NCBI GenBank assembly: GCA_035304085.1
Contig: DATGQT010000028.1
Span: forward strand, 1 to 50,962
Source: Rubricoccaceae bacterium
Lineage (GTDB): Bacteria > Bacteroidota > Rhodothermia > Rhodothermales > Rubricoccaceae
DNA length: 50,962 nt
Direction: 5' to 3'
Shown here: piece after piece, positions 1 to 9,500 of the stretch
Layout: each line of letters starts with the position of its first letter
Position numbering within the stretch: position 1 is the first letter of the stretch
Translations under genes and position numbers: made by a program
The notes under the pieces: generated by a model
What the model saw: only the letters and a program-made list of their open reading frames with translations
Database searches by the model: none
What the model was told of the DNA's origin: nothing

Positions 1-49
1 TAGACGTTCCAGCGGATGTCATCCGGCGGGGGAAACGCACCATCACGCG

Positions 50-736
50 TCACGCCGCGGCCTCGGGGCGCTGCTGGAGGCGGCGGTGGCGCACGTCCAC
101 CCCCTCGATGAGGAAGACGACCGTCTCGGCGATGTTCTTCGCGTGGTCGGCGATCCGCTCGACCCCCTTGCTCATCGTCACGAGGTGGACGAGGGCCTCG
201 GCGTCGGCGGGGTTCTCCTTGAGCAGGGCCACGACGCGCTGGAAGGCCTGCTCGTGGAGGGCGTCCACCTCGCGGTCGCGCCCGATGACGCGGCGGGCCA
301 GCATCCGGTCCCGCTTCATGAACGCGTCCTGCGCCTCGCGGAGGATCGCGCGCGCGGCGTCGGCCATCCGCCCGAGCTGGGCCTGCTCGACGAGGTCGCT
401 GCGGCCGGCGAGGTAGGGGGTGTACTTCGCGAGGTTCTTCGCGTGGTCCCCGATCCGCTCGAGGTCCGTGTTGATCTTGACCGCCGTCACGAGGAGGCGG
501 AGGTCGACGGCGACGGGGGTGTGGAGGGCGAGGATCCGCTCGCACTGGTGGTCGACCTCGAGCTCGAGCCGGTCCACCTCGTCGTCGCGGTCGCGGACGC
601 GCGCGGCCTTGTCGGCGTCGCAGCGGGTGACGGCGTCGATGGCGTCGGCGAGCTGCTCGTCGACGAGGAGGTGCATCTGGACGAGGAGGTCCCAGAGGAT
701 CTGGAGCTCCTCGTCGAGGGGGCGGTGGACGGGCAT
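50..736 (-). CDS. phoU: Phosphate transport system regulator PhoU
   Basis: 228-aa ORF with the duplicated PhoU helical repeat (DLERIGDHAKNLAKY and GVERIADHAKNIAE). It is the last gene of the pst operon. Confidence 0.93.
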   Translation of the reverse strand: MPVHRPLDEELQILWDLLVQMHLLVDEQLADAIDAVTRCDADKAARVRDRDDEVDRLELEVDHQCERILALHTPVAVDLRLLVTAVKINTDLERIGDHAKNLAKYTPYLAGRSDLVEQAQLGRMADAARAILREAQDAFMKRDRMLARRVIGRDREVDALHEQAFQRVVALLKENPADAEALVHLVTMSKGVERIADHAKNIAETVVFLIEGVDVRHRRLQQRPEAAA

Positions 737-855
737 GGGGGAAGGTGAAAAGTGTAAAGTGAGAAGTGAAAAGGGAGAAGTATGAGGGCTCGGGCCGGAG
801 CACGGGGCTCTTCGTGCCCTCTCTCACTTCTCACCTTTCCCTTTTCCCTTCGGCG
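737..855. repeat. Intercistronic word-hairpin element E1 (word GTGARAA)
   Basis: The left arm GAAGGTGAAAAGTGTAAAGTGAGAAGTGAAAAGGGAGAAG (741-780) is answered by CCCTCTCTCACTTCTCACCTTTCCCTTTTCCCTTC (about 817-851), an imperfect reverse complement. It fills the phoU-pstB gap and is lower in GC than the flanks. Confidence 0.7.
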
Positions 856-1728
856 TCAGCCGAAGCGGCCGGTGATGTAGTCCTCGGTGCGGGGGTTCGT
901 CGGGCGCGTGAAGAGCACGTCGGTGTGGTTGAGCTCGACGAGTTCGCCGAGGTAGAAGAACGCGGTCTCGTCCGAGATCCGCGAGGCCTGCTGCATGTTG
1001 TGCGTGACGATGACGATGGTGTAGTCCTTCTTCAGCTCGAGGATGGTCTCCTCCAGCTTCGCCGTGGCGATGGGGTCGAGCGCGGAGGCCGGCTCGTCCA
1101 TGAGCACGACGTCGGGGCGGACGGCGAGGGTGCGCGCGATGCAGAGGCGCTGCTGCTGGCCGCCGGAGAGGCCGTAGGCGTGGTCGTGGAGGCGGTCCTT
1201 CACCTCGTCCCACAGCGCGGCCTGCCGGAGGCACCGCTCCACCAGCTCGTCCATGTCGCCCCGGTACCCGTTGATCCTGGCGCCCCAGGCGACGTTCCTG
1301 TAGATCGTCTTCGGGAACGGGTTGGGCTTCTGGAACACCATCCCGATGCGGCGGCGGACCATCACGGGGTCGGCGCCGCCGTAGACGTCCTGGCCGTCTA
1401 TGCGGATGCGGCCGGTGAGGCGGGTGCCGGGGATGAGCTCGTTCATCCGGTTGAGGCACCGGAGCAACGTGCTCTTGCCGCAGCCCGAGGGGCCGATGAA
1501 CGCCGTCACCTGGTGCGCCGGCACGTCCATCGAGATGCCCTTGAGGACCTGCTTGTCGCCGTAGAAGAACGAGACGTCCTCGATCTGGATCTTGGGCTGC
1601 GCCGTCGCGGTGCGGTCAGCCGGGCCTGCGGGTGCGGGGCCCGTTCCAGGGGCGTCGGGGCCGGGGTGGTGCGCCAGGGCCTCGGCCTCCTCGCGGAGCG
1701 TCTCGGCGGTGTTCGTCGGGTCGGGCAT
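856..1728 (-). CDS. pstB: Phosphate ABC transporter ATP-binding protein PstB
   Basis: Walker [13 protein letters not shown] signature LSGGQQQRL and Walker [13 protein letters not shown]. The PstB-typical N-terminal part is [12 protein letters not shown]. The N-terminal 45 aa are low complexity, so the start could lie further downstream at a non-ATG codon. Confidence 0.93.
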   Translation of the reverse strand: MPDPTNTAETLREEAEALAHHPGPDAPGTGPAPAGPADRTATAQPKIQIEDVSFFYGDKQVLKGISMDVPAHQVTAFIGPSGCGKSTLLRCLNRMNELIPGTRLTGRIRIDGQDVYGGADPVMVRRRIGMVFQKPNPFPKTIYRNVAWGARINGYRGDMDELVERCLRQAALWDEVKDRLHDHAYGLSGGQQQRLCIARTLAVRPDVVLMDEPASALDPIATAKLEETILELKKDYTIVIVTHNMQQASRISDETAFFYLGELVELNHTDVLFTRPTNPRTEDYITGRFG

Positions 1729-1809
1729 GGGGTCGAAGGTCTGAAGGTCGCAAGTCGGAGGTCAAGGGTCCACTGACTTTGGACTTCCGGACCTTCGACT
1801 TGCGACCGT
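1729..1809. repeat. Intercistronic word-hairpin element E2 (word GAAGGTC)
   Basis: GGTCGAAGGTCTGAAGGTCGCAAGTCGGAGGTCAAGGGTCC is followed by GGACTTCCGGACCTTCGACTTGCGACC. GGTCGCAAGTCGGAGGTC pairs with GACCTTCGACTTGCGACC. It fills the pstB-pstA gap. Confidence 0.75.
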
Positions 1810-2706
1810 TCATCCGCCACGGTGGCGCTCGAAGTGGTTGCGGAGGAGGATGGCAGAGAGGTTCATCGTGAACAGGAGCACCATGAGCACGACGATGGCG
1901 GCGGCTGCGAGCCCCTGGAACGCGACCTGCGGCCGGGCGGTCCAGTTGAAGATCTGGATGGGCAGCACCGTGAACGAGTCCATCACCGACGCGGGCAGGA
2001 ACGCCACGAACGAGAACGCCCCGATCATGATGAGCGGCGCCGTCTCGCCGATGGCGCGGCTGAGCGCGAGGATGACGCCCGTGAGGATGCCGGGCGCGGC
2101 GACGGGGAGGAGGTGGCCCCAGACGACCTGCCAGCGCGTGGCGCCGAGGGCGTAGGCGCTCTCGCGCAGCCCCGAGGGCACGGCCCGCAGCGCCTCCTGC
2201 GTCGCGATGATGAGGACGGGCAGCACCAGCAGCGCCATCGTGATGCTCCCGGCCAGGAGGCTGCGGCCGAGGCCGAAGAACCGCACGAACAGCGCCAGCC
2301 CGAGGATGCCGTAGAGCACGCTCGGCACCCCGGCGAGGTTGGCGATGTTGACCTGGATCGCGCGGAAGAGCCACGACCGCGGCGCGTACTCCTCCAGGAA
2401 CACCGCGCTCGCCACGCCGACGGGCACGGCCAGCAGCGCCGTCAGCCCCATCACCCACAGCGAGCCGACGAGCGCGCTCTTGATGCCGGCGCGCTCGGGG
2501 ATGCGCGAGGGGTAGCTGTCGAGGAAGCCGAGGTCGAGCCACGGCAGCCCCTTCAGGAACACGTCCACGAGGAGGGTGACGAGGACGAGGATCCCGAACA
2601 GCGTGGCGAGGAACAGCGCGGCGGCGAGCACGAGGCTCCGGCGCTTCCGCGCCGCGACGCGCTCGTCGAAGTCGGGGGCGTCGAAGTCGGGGGCGGCAGT
2701 GGGCAT
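1810..2706 (-). CDS. pstA: Phosphate ABC transporter permease PstA
   Basis: Multi-TM permease with the EAA-loop region ([14 protein letters not shown]). I place the start at the internal ATG 2706 (MPTAAPDFD...). The 21 codons upstream in the track ORF are the translated E3 element. Confidence 0.9.
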   Translation of the reverse strand: MPTAAPDFDAPDFDERVAARKRRSLVLAAALFLATLFGILVLVTLLVDVFLKGLPWLDLGFLDSYPSRIPERAGIKSALVGSLWVMGLTALLAVPVGVASAVFLEEYAPRSWLFRAIQVNIANLAGVPSVLYGILGLALFVRFFGLGRSLLAGSITMALLVLPVLIIATQEALRAVPSGLRESAYALGATRWQVVWGHLLPVAAPGILTGVILALSRAIGETAPLIMIGAFSFVAFLPASVMDSFTVLPIQIFNWTARPQVAFQGLAAAAIVVLMVLLFTMNLSAILLRNHFERHRGG

Positions 2707-2781
2707 GGGGAGGCACTGGCCATTGGGCACTGGGCACTGCGTCTGAGGAGCGGAGTCCCCAGTGCCCAATCCCTAGTGGCC
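2707..2781. repeat. Intercistronic word-hairpin element E3 (word GGGCACT)
   Basis: GGCCATTGGGCACTGGGCACTGC (2718-2740) is answered by CCCCAGTGCCCAATCCCTAGTGGCC (2757-2781). It fills the pstA-pstC gap. Confidence 0.75.
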
Positions 2782-3744
2782 CTAATACCGCTCCTGGAAG
2801 CGGCGGATGACGGCGTTGGCGAGGAGGTTCATCCCGAGCGTGAGGAGGAACAGCAGGAGGCCGACGGCGAAGAGGCTGTGGAAGACGGTCGAGCCGGCCG
2901 GCGTGTCGCCCAGGCTCACCTGCACGATGAACGCCGTCATCGTCTGGACCGACGCCGTGGGGTCGAGCGTGAGGCGCGGCGTGGCGCCGGCCGCCAGCGT
3001 CACGATCATCGTCTCCCCGATGGCGCGGCTGAGCGCGAGGATGAACGAAGCGACGATGCCGGAGAGCGCGCCGGGCACGAGCACGCGGAGGACGACCTCG
3101 ACCTTCGTCGCGCCGAGGGCGTAGGCGCCGTCGGCCAGCGCGCGGGGGACGGCCCTCAGGGCGTCCTCGCTGAGGGAGGCCACCATCGGCAGGATCATCA
3201 CGCCCACGACGAGCCCGGCCGAGAGGGCGTTGTAGATGCTGAGCGCGGGGATGAGCTGCTGCAAGAGCGGCGTCACGAACGTGAGGGCGAAGTAGCCGTA
3301 GACCACCGTCGGCACGCCCGCGAGCAGCTCCAGCCCGGGCTTGAGGACCTTCCGCACGCGCGCCGGCGCGTACTCGGCGATGTAGATCGCGCTCATGAGC
3401 CCGAGCGGCAGCGCCACCGCCGCGGCGATCACGGTGATGAGGAGCGTCCCGCTGACGAGCGGGAGCACGCCGTACTGCGGGTCCACGAACTGCGGCGTCC
3501 ACTCGGTCTCCGTCAGGAACTGGAGGGGCGAGACCTCGGCGAAGAAGGCGAGCGACTCGTAGACGAGCACGCCGGCGATGCCGAGGGTGGTCACGACCGA
3601 GAGCATCGCGCAGGCGCCGAGGGCGGCGGCGATGGCGCGCTCCTTCGGGCTGCGGAAGACGTTGGCCGTGAGGTCCACCGCGGGCGTGTCCCGGGGGTGC
3701 TCCGGGTCCATCTCCGCGAGGGGGTGCTGCTGCGCGAGGTCCAT
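2782..3744 (-). CDS. pstC: Phosphate ABC transporter permease PstC
   Basis: This is the C-terminal 320 codons of the artefactual 1090-aa track ORF. The start ATG is at 3744 (MDLAQQHPL...). The protein is a six-TM permease with DGAYALGATKVEVV. Confidence 0.9.
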   Translation of the reverse strand: MDLAQQHPLAEMDPEHPRDTPAVDLTANVFRSPKERAIAAALGACAMLSVVTTLGIAGVLVYESLAFFAEVSPLQFLTETEWTPQFVDPQYGVLPLVSGTLLITVIAAAVALPLGLMSAIYIAEYAPARVRKVLKPGLELLAGVPTVVYGYFALTFVTPLLQQLIPALSIYNALSAGLVVGVMILPMVASLSEDALRAVPRALADGAYALGATKVEVVLRVLVPGALSGIVASFILALSRAIGETMIVTLAAGATPRLTLDPTASVQTMTAFIVQVSLGDTPAGSTVFHSLFAVGLLLFLLTLGMNLLANAVIRRFQERY

Positions 3745-3839
3745 CGGTTGGGAAAGGGAGAGTGGGGGAGTGGGAGAGAGGGGGAAGGGGCGAGGGATAG
3801 ACATCTCCCTTTCCCTCTCTCTCCCTTTCCCCCCTTCTC
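3745..3839. repeat. Intercistronic word-hairpin element E4 (word GGGAGAG, homopurine/homopyrimidine)
   Basis: An almost pure purine run, GGGAAAGGGAGAGTGGGGGAGTGGGAGAGAGGGGGAAGGGGCGAGGGA, is followed by a pyrimidine run, TCCCTTTCCCTCTCTCTCCCTTTCCCCCCTTCTC. It fills the pstC-pstS gap. Confidence 0.75.
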
Positions 3840-4835
3840 TTACGGAGCGGACGTCGAGTCGGAGGCGCCCTCGCGGCGAAGGAGGTCCTCGATGGTCACG
3901 CCCACCTGCGAGCCGCCAGCGAACACGCTGCCCGTCGTGCCGGCGGCGAAGCGCTCGCGCGCGGCGGCGTAAGCCTCGGCCGAGAGCGGGACGTACCCCA
4001 CCTCCGGGGCGAGGGGGGCGGCGTTGTCGAGGTAGAACGCGACGAAGGCGCGGACGGCGGGGTCGGTGGTGCGGTCGGCACGGACGTAGATGAAGATGGG
4101 GCGGGAGAGCGGGGTGTAGGAGCCGTCCTGGACCGTCGCGGCGCCGGCCGCCACGCAGCCGCTGCCGTCGTCCACGCCGAGGAGCCGCAGCTTGTCCTGG
4201 TTGGCCTCGTAGTAGGCGAGGGGGATGAAGCCGAGGGCGCCGGGGTCGCCGGCGACGCCCTGCACGAGCACGTTGTCGTCCTCGCTGGCGGTGAAGTCGG
4301 CGCGGGAGGCGCCCTCCTCGCCGCCTACGGCCTCGGTGAAGTAGTCGTACGTGCCGCTGTCGGTGCCGGCGCCGTAGAGCGTGAGCGGGCGGCCCGGGAA
4401 CCCGGCGCGGACCTGGCTCCAGTCGCTGACGGTCGAGCCCGGCGCCCAGATCGCCCTCAGCTCCTCGACCGTGAGGCACTCGACGAAGTCGTTGCCGGGG
4501 TTCGTGACGATGGCGATGCCGTCGTAGGCGACGGGGAGCTCGATGAAGTCGTAGCCGCCGGCCACCTCGTCGGGCTTGACGGGGCGGGAGGCGTCGCTGA
4601 TGTCGGTCTCGCCGCGGAAGAACTTGGCGAAGCCGCCGCCGGTCCCGCTCGTGCCGACGGTCACGCGGACGCCGGGGTTCGCGATCATGAACTCCTCGGC
4701 CACCGCCTCCGAGAGGGGGGCGACCGTCGAGGAGCCGTCCACGAGGATGCTGCCGGAGAGGCCGTCGCCGCTGGCACGGTCGCCGCCGCAGGCGGCGAGG
4801 AGGGGAAGGGCGAGTGCGAGGAGGGTTCGTTTCAT
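3840..4835 (-). CDS. pstS: Phosphate-binding lipoprotein PstS
   Basis: Start at ATG 4835 ([18 protein letters not shown], which contains a lipobox). The PstS-family motifs are [10 protein letters not shown] and GTSGTGGGF. Confidence 0.9.
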   Translation of the reverse strand: MKRTLLALALPLLAACGGDRASGDGLSGSILVDGSSTVAPLSEAVAEEFMIANPGVRVTVGTSGTGGGFAKFFRGETDISDASRPVKPDEVAGGYDFIELPVAYDGIAIVTNPGNDFVECLTVEELRAIWAPGSTVSDWSQVRAGFPGRPLTLYGAGTDSGTYDYFTEAVGGEEGASRADFTASEDDNVLVQGVAGDPGALGFIPLAYYEANQDKLRLLGVDDGSGCVAAGAATVQDGSYTPLSRPIFIYVRADRTTDPAVRAFVAFYLDNAAPLAPEVGYVPLSAEAYAAARERFAAGTTGSVFAGGSQVGVTIEDLLRREGASDSTSAP

Positions 4836-4919
4836 GGGGGAGAGGGTTCGATCTCCGTGTTGCGTATCGCGTGTTTCGTGTTCTCCTGGATCCGACACGC
4901 AACACGCAACACGAAGACC
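4836..4919. repeat. Intercistronic word-hairpin element E5 (word CGTGTTG)
   Basis: CCGTGTTGCGTATCGCGTGTTTCGTGTTC is answered by GACACGCAACACGCAACACGAAG. It fills the pstS-porin gap. Confidence 0.7.
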
Positions 4920-5942
4920 CTAGAACGTGAACTCGGCGGTGAAGCGGGCCTGGAGGTCGGCCTCGTCGGCGCCGTCGGCGCGGGCCCAGCGGAGGTTGGG
5001 GATGAGGCGGACGGGCTCGGCGGGCGCGTACGAGAGCCCGAGGAGGGCGAAGCTGTGGTGGCCGGCGACGACCTCGCCGGGGGCGTCGGCGAACGCATCC
5101 TGCCGCGTCCGGTCGAACCGCGCGACGGCCTCGACGCCGTCGGCCACCTCGACGACGCCGAAGGCGCTCACGGCGGCCCCGCCCAGCCCCTCCTCGGCCC
5201 CCTCGAAGCCGACGCCGCGGAGGTACCCCTCGACGCCCACGCGCCAGGTGTCGGTGACGTAGGCGGCGAGCGCGAAGAGGACGTGCTCGGTGTCGCGGTC
5301 GTCGGGGAAGGTTGCGAGGGAGGCGCCGACGGCGAGGACGACGGGCTCGGCCGGGCGCACCTGGAGCCGCGCGTAGCCGCGCTTGTGCCGGTCGTCCTCG
5401 GGGAAGACGCCCTCGCCGTTGGCCGCCATCACGGCGTAGCGGAGGAGCCCCTCGCGGCCGACGGGGATCGGCCCCTCGGCGCGGAGGCCGAAGTCGCGCG
5501 ACGCGATCACCCCGTTGAGGTCCATCAGCGTCTTCTCGAGGCTGCGGTAGCCCCACACGTCCTCGGTGAGGTCGTAGGCCGGGGGCGAGGTGATGCCGAG
5601 GGTGAGGCGGTGGCCGCCCGGGCTCTGCCAGCGGAGGTAGAGGTCCTTCACGAAGGGGACCGCCCCGCGGTCGCCCAGACCGACGTCGGCGGCCTCGAGG
5701 CGGGCGCGGGCGCTGAAGGCGTCGGAGAGCCGGGCGTCGGTGGTGAGGTAGAGGCGGCGGAACGTGAACCCGTGGAGGCCGTCGCGGGCCGAGTCGGGCG
5801 AGGCGAGCTGGTAGTAGTAGTCGAGGTAGGCGAGCCCGCCGACGCGCACCTCGGGCTGGGCGGCGGCGGGCCGGGCGAGGCCGGCCAGCCCCAGCAGCGC
5901 GAGGGCGACGAGGCGGGCAGGGCGGGGGGGACCTGGCCGCAT
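4920..5942 (-). CDS. Outer-membrane beta-barrel porin, probably phosphate-selective (first gene of the pst operon)
   Basis: Signal peptide ([17 protein letters not shown]), alternating beta-strand pattern and a C-terminal aromatic residue (AEFTF). The position directly upstream of pstS suggests an OprO/OprP-like role. That specificity is inferred, not shown. Confidence 0.65.
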   Translation of the reverse strand: MRPGPPRPARLVALALLGLAGLARPAAAQPEVRVGGLAYLDYYYQLASPDSARDGLHGFTFRRLYLTTDARLSDAFSARARLEAADVGLGDRGAVPFVKDLYLRWQSPGGHRLTLGITSPPAYDLTEDVWGYRSLEKTLMDLNGVIASRDFGLRAEGPIPVGREGLLRYAVMAANGEGVFPEDDRHKRGYARLQVRPAEPVVLAVGASLATFPDDRDTEHVLFALAAYVTDTWRVGVEGYLRGVGFEGAEEGLGGAAVSAFGVVEVADGVEAVARFDRTRQDAFADAPGEVVAGHHSFALLGLSYAPAEPVRLIPNLRWARADGADEADLQARFTAEFTF

Positions 5943-6326
5943 GGGAGTGGGGGTGGGTGAGAGGCACGCCCGGCCGCGTGGAGCGGGGCGGGCGAGGGAC
6001 CGGGGATAAGCTACCGGGGCGGACGGCGGGGGGGATTACGCCGGTGTTAAGCACGCGCGGCGCAGGGTGAGAGCGTGCCTATGAGGGCTGATCGTTCCCC
6101 CTCCCCCTGCGCAGCGGGGGGAGGACCCATTCATAAGACAGGCTCTGAGGGTCCCGGCGGCCTCCGAGGGCGTGATCTTTGCCGCGCGGTAGCGGCGGCG
6201 GCCGGAAAGGGCGAACTTCGCCCCGCGGCGGCCGTAAGGCACGAAGCCGAGCGCGTCCCGCGTTCGCCCGCCGTCCCCCTTTTGCGCCATCGGCGCCCGC
6301 TTTCGCGACCCACCCGCCCCCGCCCC

Positions 6327-8030
6327 ATGCAGCACCGCCGGACCCTCCCCCTCCTCGTCGCCGCCGTCCTCGTCGTCGGCATCGTCCTCGGCTTCCACGT
6401 CCGCGACGTCGCCTCGGGGACCGACGACCGCCTCAACCGGAACAAGATCGAGGAGGCGTTCAACATCATCACGCAGGGGTACGTCGAGCGCGTCGACTCG
6501 GCGCAGCTGGCGGAGGCCGCCATCGAGGGGATGCTGGCCGCCCTCGACCCCCACTCCATCTACATCTCGGCCGACGAGATGCGCGACGTCCAGGAGAGCT
6601 TCAACGCCTCCTTCGAGGGGATCGGCATCTACTACGAGCTGATCGAGGGGCCCGACGACCGCGACACCCTCGCCGTGCTCATGCCCATCGCCGGGGGGCC
6701 GAGCGAGGAGGCCGGCCTCCACCCCGGCGACCGCATCATCCAGATCGACGACACCACCGCCATCGGGTTCGACACCGAGCTCGTCCAGCGCTACCTCAAG
6801 GGGCCGGCCGGCACGGAGGTCACGGTGAAGGTGCGCCGCCCGGGCTACCGCGACACCCTCTCGTTCACCATCACGCGCGACCGGATCCCGCTCGAGACCG
6901 TCATCGCGGCCTACATGCTCGACGACGAGACGGGCTACATCAAGCTCCAGCGGTTCGCCCGCACGAGCCACGCCGAGGTGCTCGAGGCGCTGCAGGCGCT
7001 CCGCGCGCAGGGGATGGAGCGGCTCATCTTCGACCTCCGCGGCAACGCCGGCGGCCTCCTCGAGCAGGCCTGGCAGATCGTCGACGAGTTCCTCCCGGCC
7101 GGCGAGATGGTCGTCTACACCAACAGCCGCCACCCCTCGAACAACCGGGAGTACCGCGCCACCTCCGGCGGCACGTTCGAGCAGGACCCCGTCATCCTCC
7201 TCGTGGACGAGAACTCCGCCTCGGCCAGCGAGATCGTCGCCGGGGCGCTCCAGGACCACGACCGCGCCCTCATCGTCGGGCGGCGGACGTTCGGGAAGGG
7301 GCTCGTCCAGCAGCAGTTCCCCCTCTCCGACGGGTCCGTCCTCCAGATGACCGTCTCGCGCTACTACACCCCCAGCGGCCGGCTCATCCAGACGCCCTAC
7401 GTCCGCGGGCACGACGACGAGGAGTACTTCGAGGCGAAGCAGGAGCTCCGCGACCTCATGGAGGGGCAGATCCCCGAGAGCGGGCTCCTCGACGTGTCCG
7501 TGTTCGCCGACGAGGTGCCGGACTCGCTGAAGTACACCACCGACGCCGGCCGCGTCGTCTTCGGCGGCGGCGGCATCCTCCCGGACTACCTCGTCCGCCT
7601 CGACACCCTCTCGGCCGCGCTCCAGACCGTCATCGGGCGCAACCTCGACAACGAGTTCGCCCGCCACCGCATCGAGCAGCTCGGGGAGTCGTTCCGGCAG
7701 CGCTGGGGCGACGACCCGGCCGCCTTCATCCGCGACTACGAGGTCGACGACGCCACCCTCGAGGCGTTCCTCGCCTGGGCCGACGACCACGGCGTCGACG
7801 TCGTAGAGGCGCGGCCGGCCGGGGAGCCCGAGACCCCGATCCTCGTCCGCAGCGAGGTGCTCGCCGAGGCCGACGACGTGAAGACGCGGATCAAGGCGTT
7901 CATGGCCCGCCGCCTCTTCGACGTCGACGCGTTCTACCCCGTCGTGGCCGAGATCGACCGGACGCTGACGGAGGCGATGACGCTGTGGCGCGTGGCGACG
8001 GACCTCGCCGAGGCGCGCCCCCGGCGCTAG
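6327..8030 (+). CDS. Carboxy-terminal processing (tail-specific) peptidase, family S41
   Basis: Start at ATG 6327 (MQHRRTLPLLVAAVLVV, an N-terminal TM). There is a PDZ region (GLHPGDRIIQIDD) and an S41 catalytic region (LVDENSASASEIVAGALQD...GRRTFGKGLVQ). Confidence 0.9.
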   Translation: MQHRRTLPLLVAAVLVVGIVLGFHVRDVASGTDDRLNRNKIEEAFNIITQGYVERVDSAQLAEAAIEGMLAALDPHSIYISADEMRDVQESFNASFEGIGIYYELIEGPDDRDTLAVLMPIAGGPSEEAGLHPGDRIIQIDDTTAIGFDTELVQRYLKGPAGTEVTVKVRRPGYRDTLSFTITRDRIPLETVIAAYMLDDETGYIKLQRFARTSHAEVLEALQALRAQGMERLIFDLRGNAGGLLEQAWQIVDEFLPAGEMVVYTNSRHPSNNREYRATSGGTFEQDPVILLVDENSASASEIVAGALQDHDRALIVGRRTFGKGLVQQQFPLSDGSVLQMTVSRYYTPSGRLIQTPYVRGHDDEEYFEAKQELRDLMEGQIPESGLLDVSVFADEVPDSLKYTTDAGRVVFGGGGILPDYLVRLDTLSAALQTVIGRNLDNEFARHRIEQLGESFRQRWGDDPAAFIRDYEVDDATLEAFLAWADDHGVDVVEARPAGEPETPILVRSEVLAEADDVKTRIKAFMARRLFDVDAFYPVVAEIDRTLTEAMTLWRVATDLAEARPRR

Positions 8031-8350
8031 GCGCCCGCGGCCCCGCGCGCGGCGGGGCAAAAAATCCGCACCGGCGCGGGGCCGCGGAGCAACTCCGCCG
8101 CCCCGCGCGTGTCTAGACGCGACGCCGACGCGGCGTCCGGGCCCCCGCTCGCGTCGCCTGCGGCGCCCGTTGCGTTGACAATCTGGGGAGGAGTAGGGTT
8201 ATTCGCCCCGTTCTCTCGGCGGCGCCGTGGTCCCCTTCGGGGTTGCCCCTCTCCCCCTCCTGCCCGTCCCGCCGTCCGCATCCCAGGCCCTTCCCCGAAG
8301 GCGCCGTCACCCCCGCTCACCCCGCTTACGCACCCCCAAGAGGTCGTCTT

Positions 8351-9133
8351 ATGAAGCTCTACGCGCTGCTGCTGCTGCAGGAGGCCGCCGCCGCCGACGG
8401 CGGCTTTACCAACGAGCTGGTCCGCCGCTTCAACGAGGGCGGGCAGCTCTGGATGACGCCGATCCTCATCTGCCTCATCATCGGGCTCGCCATCGCCTTC
8501 GAGCGCATCATCTCGCTCAACCGCTCCGACATCAACACGCGGAAGTTCATGAACCGCGTGAAGGAGGCGCTCGAAAGCGGGGGGATCTCGGCGGCCGAGG
8601 AGGTCTGCGCCAACACGCGCGGCCCGGCGGCCTCGGTGGTGCAGGCGGGGCTCCTCCGCTACGACGAGGGGATGGACGCCGTCGAGAAGGCGGTGGTCTC
8701 CTACGGCTCGATCGAGATGAGCTTCCTCGAGCGCGGGCTCGTCTGGCTCAGCCTCTTCATCTCGATCGCCCCCATGCTCGGGTTCCTCGGCACCGTCATC
8801 GGGATGGTGCAGGCGTTCGACGCCATCGAGGCGGCCGGCGACATCTCGCCCTCGCTCGTGGCCGGCGGCATCAAGGTGGCCCTGCTCACGACGGTGTTCG
8901 GCCTCATCGTGGCGATGATCCTCCAGGTCTTCTACAACTACTGCGTCTCGAAGATCGACCGGATCACGGCGGACATGGAGGAGGCGAGCGTGGAGCTCAT
9001 CGACGCGCTGGCGATGATGAACATGGGGCGGCCCGTCCGCGCCGTGGGCGCCGGCGCCCGCACGGCCTCGCTGCCCTCGGCCTCGTCCGAGGTCGGGCGC
9101 GGGGACGACCTCACGAAGACGGACCTCAGCTGA
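8351..9133 (+). CDS. exbB: MotA/TolQ/ExbB proton-channel protein
   Basis: Start at ATG 8351 (MKLYALLLL...). The typical ExbB C-terminal TM pair is IAPMLGFLGTVIGMVQAF...GGIKVALLTTVFGLIVA. Confidence 0.88.
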   Translation: MKLYALLLLQEAAAADGGFTNELVRRFNEGGQLWMTPILICLIIGLAIAFERIISLNRSDINTRKFMNRVKEALESGGISAAEEVCANTRGPAASVVQAGLLRYDEGMDAVEKAVVSYGSIEMSFLERGLVWLSLFISIAPMLGFLGTVIGMVQAFDAIEAAGDISPSLVAGGIKVALLTTVFGLIVAMILQVFYNYCVSKIDRITADMEEASVELIDALAMMNMGRPVRAVGAGARTASLPSASSEVGRGDDLTKTDLS

Positions 9134-9205
9134 CGTGGGCCTCCGGGGTGGCACCCTCAACAGGTGCCACGCCCTCCCGCGGTCGTTCCCCCTGCCTCCT
9201 CGGCC

Positions 9206-9469
9206 ATGCTCTCCATCGCGATCTACCTCGTCTACGTCCTCCTCGGCGCCTCCATCCTCATCATGCTGGCGTTCGGGATACGCAACCTCGGCCGCTCCGG
9301 CGAGAACAAGCTCGTCCTGGCCGGCTTCGCCCTCCCCATCGTCCTCGCGGGGGTCCTCATGGCGGTCTACGGCAGCTGGGTCCCGGCGCTCATCATGACG
9401 GCCGTCGTGCTGATGCTGCTGGCGTTCCTCCTCATGATCCTCTCGGCCGGGCGCCGGTTCGTCCGCTGA
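9206..9469 (+). CDS. Small three-TM membrane protein, function unknown
   Basis: The hydrophobic ORF MLSIAIYLVYVLLGASILIML... sits between exbB and exbD. The start was chosen at the first ATG that gives a TM-initiated protein. No motif was recognised. Confidence 0.5.
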   Translation: MLSIAIYLVYVLLGASILIMLAFGIRNLGRSGENKLVLAGFALPIVLAGVLMAVYGSWVPALIMTAVVLMLLAFLLMILSAGRRFVR

Positions 9470-9500
9470 GGCGCCCGCCCTCGCATAGATCCCCACGACC

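Noticed and set aside
1-49. Possible 3' end of another gene at the left edge of the window.
   Set aside because: Too short to interpret.
5943-6326. Pho box or promoter for the pst operon in the divergent region upstream of the porin gene. The minus strand reads CTGTCTTATGAATGGGTC near 6128-6146.
   Set aside because: Only one half-site resembles the enterobacterial CTGTCAT repeat, and the second repeat is absent. The PhoB-site consensus for this phylum is not known to me, so I do not call it.
8036-8084. Hairpin GCGGCCCCGCGC...GCGCGGGGCCGC after the S41 peptidase gene, considered as a terminator.
   Set aside because: The loop is long (about 25 nt, containing an A6 run) and there is no 3' U-tract. 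The structure is plausible but too weak to list with confidence.
8175-8203. Sigma-70-like promoter TTGACA-N17-GTTATT upstream of exbB.
   Set aside because: The -35 match is perfect but the -10 is poor. Promoter consensus in Bacteroidota-like organisms differs from E. coli. A chance occurrence cannot be excluded without TSS data.
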